A DNA stretch of 64,000 nt from a virus. Made by a program: the position numbers and the translations under genes. The DNA lies in the IMG/VR virus record IMGVR_UViG_3300047472_000102, positions 11,371 to 75,370 of that record, one strand, 5' to 3'. This document shows, piece by piece, positions 9,320 to 18,193 of this stretch. The stretch's first letter is position 1, and the number at the start of each line of letters is the position of its first letter. The notes beneath the pieces are model-generated. The model saw only the letters and a program-made list of their open reading frames with translations, did no database searches and was not told where the DNA came from.

Positions 9320-11392
9320 CTAAACCGGAGTGATCGTATTTCCGGCCAGCATGTCTTTCCACGTCGCACCCGTAGCGCCACCATTCGCCCGCATCAACAT
9401 GCCGGTGGTTGAGTTGAACACGAGTTTATTCAGGAATTTTCCAGTCGTGTTAATCGAACTGGTCAAGCTCGAAAGATTGGCCGTCGTATCTGAAGGTATC
9501 GACAGGCCGCCCTTGCTGCCAAACGTCATCACACCGTCATGAGTAATCTGCACCGGGACATTGTTGCTTTCGTCGATAACACGCCAGCCTTGAGAAGAGC
9601 CGCGCAGTCGCGGACCAATCCATGAAGCGAAGCGTTGCTCACCATAATCGTCATCGAACGCCTGAGCAGGGCTGAAGACTCCAGCTGCAGTATATCGACC
9701 GGTTGCGAGGCCGATATCTCTGCCCTGGTACGGGGTAAAATCAACCGCAAACTTTGCATGCTGCACCCACATGAGGGCCGCCGCACTAGAAGTTGCGATC
9801 ATCCGCGAGCCCTGGCTATTCGCCAGCAACGAGCCGCTGACTTTTATCATTTGCGCTTCGGCATATGCGCCAGTGAAAAACAGCTCGCTAGCCTTACCGA
9901 AAAAGATGCAAATATCGTCCGGCCCGATGAACGTGCAATTGTACCATTTGAGCCCGCGCATGACGCCGCCGGAAATCTCCATGCACATCGACGGGGACGC
10001 GAATGGTGTATCCAGTTGATCCGACGTCGCAAGATGACCAGATTGATGACTAAGCGGTCGAATATCGCAATCGATGAAACTTGTTCCGGCAAAGCCCCAG
10101 TTGCTCCCAACGATAACCTCAGGGCTGCGAACCGAGACGCCAGCGAACCCTTGGAAATGAGAGCCAATAGCTCGACCTTTTTCGCAGCTTGGGGTTTTCC
10201 CGTCGCCCAGATCATGAGACGAGACAAGCAAGGCGGTCTTGCGCCAGTGGCCGTAGACAATGCAATTGTCGATCTGCCACCAGTCGGCGTTCCTTGCCCA
10301 AACACCGACATCCCAATCATCCGACAGGCGGCCATCCGTCCCGACGTATCCATCCGTTCCGTCGAAAAAGGGATAGATACCGAGATTATGTAGACCACTA
10401 TTCTTGCCGAGGATGATGCCAGCGCTGAAATTGACTGAGAAGTCATTCGTCTTGTAAGTATCGCCACGCGTGCCGCTATCCGCTAGATAGGCCTCACCCA
10501 CAGACAGGTTTGCGACACTCGTAGCGGTCGCGCCGTCGATCGAATATGACTTCGTACCCGTTCCGTTGAAGACGATTTTGGTATTGTGGCTGTAAAGATA
10601 GCCGCCGCCATCGCCTCGCACGTGGACGCCGTCGGGAACGACGAACGTAGAGGCTATGAGATAGGTTCCGGCAGGAACAAAGACGTCAGCTTTCGTGAGC
10701 TGTGCGTACGCGAATGTTGCTGTGAATGCTGGCGTATCATCGGCAGCGCCATCACCCGCAGCGCCGAGCATCCTCACATTAATCTGCTGTCCGCTTGCAA
10801 TACCCCATCGTTTAATTCCATTATTGGAAATAAGCTGACCGGGTTCATCTGCCTCAGCTTGAGCTTTTAAACGGTAGTATGCTCCACCACCATCGCCTGG
10901 ATTATAATAACCATTAGTCCTAATAACATTCATATCATTAGGAACATTTTGATTACTAAGTACTACAGCACTATCATAAAGACTTTGGGTAGCTAAAGAA
11001 GCTGAACCAGAGAGAGTAATGAATTCTGCCCCTCTAGCATCTCCAGTATCGACGTAGATACCTCCTGTGTGACTTCCTACAGTGTGAGGAGTATATTTCA
11101 CTTGAATAGCTGCATGGCTACCAGCATTGATCTGTGTGGGCATTGTACCCACAAGAGCAAAATCACCTACAACTGAAATGGAATTAATAGTCAAATCCTG
11201 AAAACCAGAATTGACTAAAACCACAGTTTGGGGATCAGATTCTTCCCCTGCAACAATCTCTTGAAAGATTAATGAAGTAGGAAAAATGGAGAGGGCATAA
11301 CGCCCCCTCCCATCTGGATAGGTACCTTGATTAGGGTCATTAATAACGACCGGATCATTAAAATCAGTAACTGGATGATATACTTCAGTCAT
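9320..11392 (-). CDS. Tailspike/depolymerase 2: Ig-like (ASH/choice-of-anchor D) domain + spike head domain + pectate-lyase-like beta-helix
   Basis: PTSLIFQEIVAGEESDPQTVVLVNSG...VKYTP...G Ig-like module; IRTNGYYNPGDGGGAYY head motif; INVRMLGAAGDGAADDTPAF beta-helix cap. Confidence 0.85.
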   Translation of the reverse strand: MTEVYHPVTDFNDPVVINDPNQGTYPDGRGRYALSIFPTSLIFQEIVAGEESDPQTVVLVNSGFQDLTINSISVVGDFALVGTMPTQINAGSHAAIQVKYTPHTVGSHTGGIYVDTGDARGAEFITLSGSASLATQSLYDSAVVLSNQNVPNDMNVIRTNGYYNPGDGGGAYYRLKAQAEADEPGQLISNNGIKRWGIASGQQINVRMLGAAGDGAADDTPAFTATFAYAQLTKADVFVPAGTYLIASTFVVPDGVHVRGDGGGYLYSHNTKIVFNGTGTKSYSIDGATATSVANLSVGEAYLADSGTRGDTYKTNDFSVNFSAGIILGKNSGLHNLGIYPFFDGTDGYVGTDGRLSDDWDVGVWARNADWWQIDNCIVYGHWRKTALLVSSHDLGDGKTPSCEKGRAIGSHFQGFAGVSVRSPEVIVGSNWGFAGTSFIDCDIRPLSHQSGHLATSDQLDTPFASPSMCMEISGGVMRGLKWYNCTFIGPDDICIFFGKASELFFTGAYAEAQMIKVSGSLLANSQGSRMIATSSAAALMWVQHAKFAVDFTPYQGRDIGLATGRYTAAGVFSPAQAFDDDYGEQRFASWIGPRLRGSSQGWRVIDESNNVPVQITHDGVMTFGSKGGLSIPSDTTANLSSLTSSINTTGKFLNKLVFNSTTGMLMRANGGATGATWKDMLAGNTITPV

Positions 11393-11401
11393 TTTACCCT
11401 C

Positions 11402-13906
11402 TTAATCCAAACGGCTAATCTGGACACTGCAATAACCAGCACCAGTAGTAAGCGGAACCACTGAACTATGTGCAGAAGTAGCTGCAATTTGAACAGTGTC
11501 TGAAGTACCTCCAATAACTGGAGTCAGATTAAAAATACCAGTAATTGCTAGCATACAGGTACCATCAGCAGCAGCCTTACCTTCCTGAATTTTGGCAGTT
11601 CCAGAAGGGAGAATAATACCTAGTGTTGCCCCTTCTCCAGAGGTCATAGAGCCAGAAATACGCATATTGGCTTGGATTTCGTAGACACCTGGAAATAAGG
11701 GAACAAAAGTATGAGCAGTATTATCCCATTCCCCAAGAGTATCGATACCAGTAGTATCCACAAGATTTAGAATAGTGGCAGCATTTGATGCAGCAACATT
11801 CTGGCCTACACCATTCAGGTTAGCTGTAACACGACTCTTAACCGATGGTTTCATGGTTAGACCAGCCCAACCCTGAGAGCAGTAACGCTGCTTAACATCC
11901 GTGGCACTACCAGCAGTCAGTTTACCTGTAATAATATTGTTCGGGTTAGAGCCTACCTGAGCAGTGTTACGGCAAACCGTATTGCCACCAGATGGGTTAT
12001 AAACACCATCCAAGAACTGGTTACCATAGACAGAACCAGTACCAGAAGCTGATAGCTGAATGCAGCTATTATCTGGATAATCCACAATAGACATATTGTA
12101 GATGACATTATTAGAACCAGTATTGTCATGGCAATCAAAACCGGTAGAGCCTTGGCAGACGATACCAGCAGCACCAGCAGCAATAATGGTATTGGAATCA
12201 ATGGTGTTATACGAAGCACCATAAATGAACTTCAGGCCAAAGATATTGCAGCCAAAAAGATGGTTGTTATGGACCTTGCCATAACACTCAAAAATATCAC
12301 AACCTTCAGCAACACTCTCGATGTAATTATCATGAATATTGAAGTAGGTAAGTCCAGACATCTCAGCCAGATTAATACCATCAGACTGGTCAGTATGACG
12401 AGCTAATCCAGCACCAGTAAAGTGGATATTCTTAATATGGTTCTCATAGATATGAGTACCCTTGCTTACACCATGGTAGGCAGCAAAGTCATTCATTGAA
12501 CCAATAGCAGTAACATTAGGTGCAGAGTCCGCAGCATCGCCAGCAGAGACAGCTGGGTAGATACCAGACTCAAGGCAGTCATGAATGTAGTTATGATGGA
12601 TTTGCGTGTTCCAACAGCCATAGATACCAATCATAATACCCATGCCAAAACCAGTAAACTCGCAATGATCGATCTCGCAATCAGACAGGTTACGCAGTTC
12701 AACAGGGTATTGAGCCAATCCAGAAGGATTGTTACCCAAAAACTTGATGCCCGACATACGAATATTCGCACGACGAACACCACCAGAACTCTGGTGACCA
12801 ATAACGATACCAATGGCATTAGAGCCAAATCGACCGGTAGAATTCAATGACCAGCCACCGGGACCAGCATTGACCTGAGCAATACGGGCATCACCTGCAA
12901 TATAAGGATTATTGTTATTAAAATACTGCTTATCCATAAAGATAGTAGCAGTACCATCTGAAGTGAACTTCAGATTATCAACAGTAATAGACAAGTTGGA
13001 ACGAGGATAATAAGTTTTACCTGGGGTAAGACGAATATCCAACCAACCTGAATTTAAAGCAGCTTGCATAGCTGGTTGATCATCAAAAGCCGCAGAGCAT
13101 TTAGCACCACATTGTTCTGGTGTTAGGGTAGCTCCCACAAACCCATACCATTGAACAGTCACTCCATCCTGAAGCGTAATAGAGAATTTAGGTCCATTAG
13201 CAGGTTGAGAAGCCACAGCCTTATAATAGGCACCGCCATCATCGAAAATCGTATTATAACCTAATACCTGGATAAACGTTGGTGCAGTAACAGGTGTCAT
13301 AGCTTGAGCAGCTGTACGAGTAAGAGCAATAGCAGTAGTACCATTAACTGAATCAGCAGCTGACTGTGCTGCCTCAGCAGCGGCCTCAGCCGCAGTCTGA
13401 GCAATTACTGCATTACCAGCAGCAGTAGTAGCAGTATCACGGCTATTAGCTGCATTAGTGGCACTACTGGAAGCAGCTGTAGCACTGGCAGCAGCAGCAT
13501 TTTGAGCAGCTTGTGCACCTGCAATAGCAGTAGCTACATCACCAAACTCGTCAACTAGATTTTCAACAGTATCGATTTTAGCATTAACTTCAGTAATCTG
13601 ACCCGGTAGAGCAGTGATAACATCAAGCTCATTATAGACTGCATTAATCTGATTAATATTAGTCGATACAGTCGTAAGAGCAGTCACATAAGGGAAGATG
13701 TTCTGAATATCACTAATGTGAGTAGACACATTAATAATGTTATCAATATCGTTAGAAACCTTCCAGATGTCTTCCATATAAAAGGAGACATGCTTTACAG
13801 TTGGAAGATTATCCGAAACATTCTTAACAGTCTCAAAGGCCGTACCGATCAAACGGGATACGACCTGAGCACCATCGTAAGGATTATTCGTAGGTGAAAT
13901 GGACAT
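11402..13906 (-). CDS. Tailspike/tail fibre 1 with N4-type anchor, Ala-rich coiled coil and beta-helix
   Basis: VSRLIGTAFETVKNV anchor; AAASATAASSSA coil; GYNTIFDDGGAYY; TPEQCGAK...DDQPAMQAAL cap; IHHNYIHD/IHDNYI rungs. Confidence 0.85.
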   Translation of the reverse strand: MSISPTNNPYDGAQVVSRLIGTAFETVKNVSDNLPTVKHVSFYMEDIWKVSNDIDNIINVSTHISDIQNIFPYVTALTTVSTNINQINAVYNELDVITALPGQITEVNAKIDTVENLVDEFGDVATAIAGAQAAQNAAAASATAASSSATNAANSRDTATTAAGNAVIAQTAAEAAAEAAQSAADSVNGTTAIALTRTAAQAMTPVTAPTFIQVLGYNTIFDDGGAYYKAVASQPANGPKFSITLQDGVTVQWYGFVGATLTPEQCGAKCSAAFDDQPAMQAALNSGWLDIRLTPGKTYYPRSNLSITVDNLKFTSDGTATIFMDKQYFNNNNPYIAGDARIAQVNAGPGGWSLNSTGRFGSNAIGIVIGHQSSGGVRRANIRMSGIKFLGNNPSGLAQYPVELRNLSDCEIDHCEFTGFGMGIMIGIYGCWNTQIHHNYIHDCLESGIYPAVSAGDAADSAPNVTAIGSMNDFAAYHGVSKGTHIYENHIKNIHFTGAGLARHTDQSDGINLAEMSGLTYFNIHDNYIESVAEGCDIFECYGKVHNNHLFGCNIFGLKFIYGASYNTIDSNTIIAAGAAGIVCQGSTGFDCHDNTGSNNVIYNMSIVDYPDNSCIQLSASGTGSVYGNQFLDGVYNPSGGNTVCRNTAQVGSNPNNIITGKLTAGSATDVKQRYCSQGWAGLTMKPSVKSRVTANLNGVGQNVAASNAATILNLVDTTGIDTLGEWDNTAHTFVPLFPGVYEIQANMRISGSMTSGEGATLGIILPSGTAKIQEGKAAADGTCMLAITGIFNLTPVIGGTSDTVQIAATSAHSSVVPLTTGAGYCSVQISRLD

Positions 13907-14622
13907 TAGACGAAACCTCGTTCTTCCAATTTAGTGGTAGTATTCGATTGGGTCTGACTGACCAAATCCTTTTCTTCAATAAGAGTGCAGTCTGCTTCAA
14001 ATAAAGCGAAGTAGTCCTGTGCCTTGGCAGAGTGATCCTGCCCATTCATATGGTTATATACCTTAAAAGCTACATGATTTGTAAGTGCCGATATTAGAAA
14101 ATCTGGCAAAGGTATTTCCTGTGCAATCAGATCATCTTGGCTCAATCCCAATGCCTTTAGTGGTTTTGCTTTAGCCTGATAAACCACGGACAGATATTGG
14201 CCGTTAATAGGATTAGGCACTTGCAGAACCAAAGGAGAAGGGGTGTAGACGCTATTATGTCTGCCTGGGTCATTCAGAGGAAGCTTGTGACGCAAAGCAT
14301 CCCAGACCTCAACGACCTGAACTACATTCTCCATATAGGGATGTTCTGGAAGATCAAGGATGTACTTGTACTTCTGCTTGGAACCACTAGACATGGCAAA
14401 TTCCTTCCTAAGATTATAGGAAGTAATCCAGTCGTGAAGCTCTAAAATAAGTTCATCAGTAGACAAGATGAATCGCTTATAGAGGAGGTCTAGTCCACTA
14501 TTAATATAGGTAATAAGTTTACCTGTATCCTTCTCTCTAATGGTTCCAGAGCCTTCATTGCTAATAGCAAGATTAGAAAGTTCACCAACCGAGAGGATAT
14601 AGAAGAGTTCGGAAACCTTCAT
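13906..14622 (-). CDS. N4 gp67-like head-tail adaptor
   Basis: LSVGELSNL...YINSGL..LYKRF and C-terminal KLEERGFV; adjacent to terminase. Confidence 0.85.
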   Translation of the reverse strand: MKVSELFYILSVGELSNLAISNEGSGTIREKDTGKLITYINSGLDLLYKRFILSTDELILELHDWITSYNLRKEFAMSSGSKQKYKYILDLPEHPYMENVVQVVEVWDALRHKLPLNDPGRHNSVYTPSPLVLQVPNPINGQYLSVVYQAKAKPLKALGLSQDDLIAQEIPLPDFLISALTNHVAFKVYNHMNGQDHSAKAQDYFALFEADCTLIEEKDLVSQTQSNTTTKLEERGFV

Positions 14623-14635
14623 CTTGATTCCTCAA

Positions 14636-16237
14636 TTAGACAACATAAGACATCATAGGGGTAACAGCTTCTTCGGGAGCTTCATCCTCGAAAACGTTGT
14701 TGCCTTCCTCATCCTTTATGTTGCCGCTGGAATCAGTCGGTTTCCAAGGCTTGAGATAGCCTAGCATAGAGACAGTATCAACACAGTCATCTTTGCCTTT
14801 AATGCCATTTATTGTTACCAGCTTTATTTGATTTAGGAAATGCCCCAAAACAACAGTGTCTCTCATTTCCATAGGCCAATAAATCTTACCTGCCTTGAAC
14901 CAAGGAACTACAATATTAAATCTTGCCAGTTTATTAGCATCTGGCCAAATTCCTGGTTCTCCTGATTTGCGATTACTTGCAAAACTAAACCAGATATTAC
15001 GATTGATCATCTCCTGTTCAAGCCATTTGACGAATGTGTTCTGTTGGCCTGACACTTCAATGCCCACTTGCTGGGGACGATACTTGGAAACAAGCCTGAA
15101 GAGGTCATTGACTGACTTATCAGCTGTCTGACGTGTACATACCCCATCGACCCAGAACCAGTCTCCATTGGCATTGTAGGCCCATACAGAGATAACCGAA
15201 AAGTCAGAGCGTTGCTTATCTGTAGTGGCAAAGTCCGTAGTGATGTAGAAGTTATACATCGACCTACGTTCCATCAGAGGAACACGATTATACCATCTAA
15301 TATCAGCATCCTGAACAAGACGCTCTTCATCACTCGAAATGCGAAGCATAAGCTCTTGAAAGAATGCAGCCGTATGTCCAGTGGCTACAGCCTTCTGGTA
15401 CATGTCGTTTACGAACTTGTAAGTGAATCGATCAGGCCATGCAGAGACGAATTCTTCTTCTGGGACAGGCCAAGACTCACATACGGGATAGACACTGGCA
15501 TCCCAACCACCACTCTCAACGGCTTTTACAATTGGATCGACTTGAGAAAATGGGGTTCCATTGAAGATCACCTTTCTACGGGTAGGATCAAGAGCAAAAT
15601 CGACACCTTTATAGATCGTATCTTCAATAGAGGATATGGCCGTAGGCGACCGTGCATCGTCGTCAGAGAGCAAATCGTCAAGAACTGCTAGTGGAGGGCG
15701 TCTACCGAAGATTTTCGTTCCACGAAGTCCTGTCTGGGCACCAAAGAGCTTCACTCCAAACTGCTCACCATCCTTGTTGGCAAATTCCCAGTATTTTTCG
15801 GTGAAATGAGCTTCTGGGAGCCATTCTTGAAGGAACTCGGAATTGTCATAGCGATGCTGGGTATTCTTACGGGCACTGGCTACACCGTTATCCATACTAT
15901 CAGAGACATAGATCATGCTTTCCACACTGCCGAAATTAGGCAAATAATGCATGGTACCCAAAAACAGGCTGAAATACTCCATAAACAGAGTAGTCTTAGC
16001 AGCACCACGGAAAATCAGATTAACGATATTAGTACTATCACTAATCGTTTTATCGAGCATTTTCAGATGGACTGCTGGGGTCTTGTGAGTTTCCCCTTCA
16101 GAGCCATTTACGAGCTTAATGAAATTCATGAAATAAAGGGCAAATTCAGAAGGTACATAAGAACCCTCTGAAAGGTCTGTATAATCGACTTGATTAAGCC
16201 ATTCATCTAATGATTTTTTGATAATAATCTGTGTCAT
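14636..16237 (-). CDS. Terminase large subunit (N4 gp68)
   Basis: FRGAAKTT Walker A, LAVLDDL Walker B, FYITTDFAT and KDDCVD nuclease motifs. Confidence 0.96.
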   Translation of the reverse strand: MTQIIIKKSLDEWLNQVDYTDLSEGSYVPSEFALYFMNFIKLVNGSEGETHKTPAVHLKMLDKTISDSTNIVNLIFRGAAKTTLFMEYFSLFLGTMHYLPNFGSVESMIYVSDSMDNGVASARKNTQHRYDNSEFLQEWLPEAHFTEKYWEFANKDGEQFGVKLFGAQTGLRGTKIFGRRPPLAVLDDLLSDDDARSPTAISSIEDTIYKGVDFALDPTRRKVIFNGTPFSQVDPIVKAVESGGWDASVYPVCESWPVPEEEFVSAWPDRFTYKFVNDMYQKAVATGHTAAFFQELMLRISSDEERLVQDADIRWYNRVPLMERRSMYNFYITTDFATTDKQRSDFSVISVWAYNANGDWFWVDGVCTRQTADKSVNDLFRLVSKYRPQQVGIEVSGQQNTFVKWLEQEMINRNIWFSFASNRKSGEPGIWPDANKLARFNIVVPWFKAGKIYWPMEMRDTVVLGHFLNQIKLVTINGIKGKDDCVDTVSMLGYLKPWKPTDSSGNIKDEEGNNVFEDEAPEEAVTPMMSYVV

Positions 16238-16977
16238 TCTTCATCCTCTGCCTTGTGCAGACGTGTGGCAGCTACTTCAATGGTTTTCATGGTTCCCATT
16301 TGAATGGCTTGCCTCTGGCCTTGAGCCAAGGAAGTAAGAGCATCCGTGAGTGCCCTCATGCCTTGCTGGTCAGACTCGCTCATATTAATTTGAAGCTGTC
16401 CCTTAATGGTCTCTGGCTTCTTTAAGTGGGTGAGAATACTGTTAGCTGCTTCTGTTCGAACCTTTTCACTATCAGCATTTTTCATGAGATCGAACTGCAC
16501 ATTAAGTGCTTCCTGATACATGTGCTGATTAAGTACCCATGAAGGTACGAGGCTCTGCTCAAGAATGAGGTTAACCAGTTTGCCCTTCTTGTAGATGGCA
16601 ATGTAGCTAGCAATCTCTTTTTCGGGTTTCCCAGCTGCCACGAGCTTTGTGTAGCGATCTGGAAAGGTCTTTATCCAAGATTCCTTATCCGTATAGCCCA
16701 TAAGCTTGAACGATACGAAGGACACTGCATAGAGATAATCCTCTGTCTTGAACTTACCATCCTTAAGGACGGCAGTATAAGACATGAAGTTATCACGTAT
16801 AATCTCCCTGATATTATCATCAGTACTAATAGCATTAATCTTATCAACAAATGCTTGAGTAATAGATGATTTGAGGGTTGTAGGTACTGCTGCTTTGACT
16901 TGATCAATAGTAATAAGATTCTGTGGCAAATCAGGTTTAGTACTAAAAGGTGCAGATAGTTCTGTCATTTCATTCAC
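16234..16977 (-). CDS. N4 gp69-like protein (probable small terminase)
   Basis: RDNFMSYTAVLKDGKFK..DYLYAV and SEKVRTEAANSILTHLK; directly upstream of the large terminase. Confidence 0.8.
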   Translation of the reverse strand: MNEMTELSAPFSTKPDLPQNLITIDQVKAAVPTTLKSSITQAFVDKINAISTDDNIREIIRDNFMSYTAVLKDGKFKTEDYLYAVSFVSFKLMGYTDKESWIKTFPDRYTKLVAAGKPEKEIASYIAIYKKGKLVNLILEQSLVPSWVLNQHMYQEALNVQFDLMKNADSEKVRTEAANSILTHLKKPETIKGQLQINMSESDQQGMRALTDALTSLAQGQRQAIQMGTMKTIEVAATRLHKAEDEE

Positions 16978-17008
16978 TTGATTTTTGTTAAATACTTATT
17001 GTACTAAT

Positions 17009-17112
17009 CAGTTGGGTAGTCGAGTTTGTCTCCTACCCCCTGATTGGGTTTTGATGGGTTGACCCTTAATCAGGTGCTTGGGGAGGTAGGTTTTCCTACC
17101 TCCCTCTTTTTT
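17009..17112 (+). ncRNA. Candidate ~105-nt three-hairpin sRNA with intrinsic terminator
   Basis: Stems GGGTAG/CTACCC and CCTGATTGGG/CTTAATCAGG, then GGGAGGTAGG-TTTT-CCTACCTCCC followed by TCTTTTTT on the plus strand, although both neighbouring genes are on the minus strand. Confidence 0.45.
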
Positions 17113-17122
17113 CTTCGGTTCT

Positions 17123-17371
17123 TTACATGTGATCTTCAGGAAGAGTGATACGAGCAGGTTGGAAAACCGCTCTATTCATCCACATAAAAGCAGACTGAAT
17201 TTCCGTCTTGGCAATAGAAAGCATACGCTTATCATGATTATCAGAACTCATTAGTTCTTCTAAACGTCTCAATAATCTTTCTTCCATAATTTTATTGACG
17301 TTGACTGTCTGAACATTGTCATCAGACTGTTTCTTGTAACCTGCTACTGGAAGTCCTTTGTGTTCGGTCAT
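17123..17371 (-). CDS. acb2: Acb2-family anti-CBASS nucleotide sponge
   Basis: 82 aa from ATG 17371; GLPVAGYKKQS...VNVNK...KRMLSIAKTEIQSAFMWMNRAVFQP matches the Acb2 GY..K..R.LAI.KT..Q...M...RA..QP signature. Confidence 0.85.
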   Translation of the reverse strand: MTEHKGLPVAGYKKQSDDNVQTVNVNKIMEERLLRRLEELMSSDNHDKRMLSIAKTEIQSAFMWMNRAVFQPARITLPEDHM

Positions 17372-17506
17372 TGAAAATACTAGCCTTTTATTGGGTTGGT
17401 TTACAGGTGTTATATAGGTCAGCAAATTATGATTAAGTCAACTAATGATTATTGAGATAATCATGTTAGTCTTATTAATCAAAATGAATTTTAGTTTTGA
17501 CCCCCC

Positions 17507-17535
17507 TTGCCTGAACCAAAAAGAAGAGCTAGACA
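17507..17535 (+). promoter_or_regulatory. Candidate host sigma70 promoter for the RNA island
   Basis: (C)TTGCCT - 17 nt - TAGACA, resembling alphaproteobacterial RpoD promoters, just upstream of the first structured RNA. Confidence 0.45.
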
Positions 17536-17629
17536 ACATTAACAATCAGAAATGCAAAATATCCCTTAAAATCTAGATAGGGATAAATGGGGAAGCTATG
17601 CCTATTCGGTGTAACTACCTTATAAGAGT

Positions 17630-17909
17630 TTAGAACCAGAGAGAAAAATTACTCATAAGACTAATCATATTATCAGGTTTAATCTGGTCAGATAGGATTC
17701 GTCATCTGCAAGACCGTGAGTAGGTCAATATCGCCTCTGGTTCTAATGCCTTTGTAATACCGAATGCCGATAGGTCTACATTTTGGATATGAGATGACTT
17801 ATCATTCCTTGTCGGTATTACATTAATTTGAGTAATAGGAATTTGGATTTATTCCGCCTATTATTCAAAGGTTAGGTATGTTCTCTGGGTACACCAGCTT
17901 ACCTAACCA
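17630..17909 (+). ncRNA. Four back-to-back stem-closed structured RNAs
   Basis: Closing stems TTAGAACCAGAG/CTCTGGTTCTAA, TGTAATACCGA/TCGGTATTACA, TTTGAGTAATAGG/CCTATTATTCAAA and GGTTAGGTA/TACCTAACC; no ORF of 60 aa or more. Confidence 0.6.
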
Positions 17910-17912
17910 CTT

Positions 17913-17989
17913 CTGTGTGTAGCCCAGTCTGGTAGGGTATCTGATTTGGAGTCAGAGGGTCGCAGGTTCAAATCCTGCCACGCAGACCA
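17913..17989 (+). tRNA. tRNA-Pro(TGG)
   Basis: Cloverleaf; anticodon arm TCTGA-TTTGGAG-TCAGA; GGTTCAAATCC; encoded CCA. Confidence 0.95.
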
Positions 17990-18002
17990 ATTTGAAGAGT
18001 AC

Positions 18003-18089
18003 TTTGGCGCGAGGTAGAAGCGCTAGGTGCCATCCAATTCGTCACCTAATGACATAGGACAGGATGGTTAAATGGGGGTATGCGCCAAG
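18003..18089 (+). ncRNA. Structured 87-nt RNA between tRNA-Pro and tRNA-Asn
   Basis: TTTGGCGCG/TGCGCCAAG closing stem, inner GCCATCC/GGATGGT, GTCA-CCTAA-TGAC hairpin. Confidence 0.55.
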
Positions 18090-18097
18090 CCTATTAT

Positions 18098-18173
18098 TGG
18101 AATATAGCTCAGTTGGTAGAGCAGGTGACTGTTAATCACCTTGTCCCTGGTTCGAGTCCAGGTATTCCAGCCA
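18098..18173 (+). tRNA. tRNA-Asn(GTT)
   Basis: Cloverleaf; GGTGA-CTGTTAA-TCACC; GGTTCGAGTCC; encoded CCA. Confidence 0.96.
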
Positions 18174-18193
18174 TTAAAATCAAGAAGATGAAC

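Noticed and set aside
17630-17909. CRISPR-like mini-array
   Set aside because: The hairpin units share no repeated sequence and vary in length; no cas genes in the window
18009-18025. Lysine-riboswitch-like start GAGGTAGAAGCGC
   Set aside because: The unit is only ~87 nt, lacks the remaining riboswitch arms and has no downstream regulated gene
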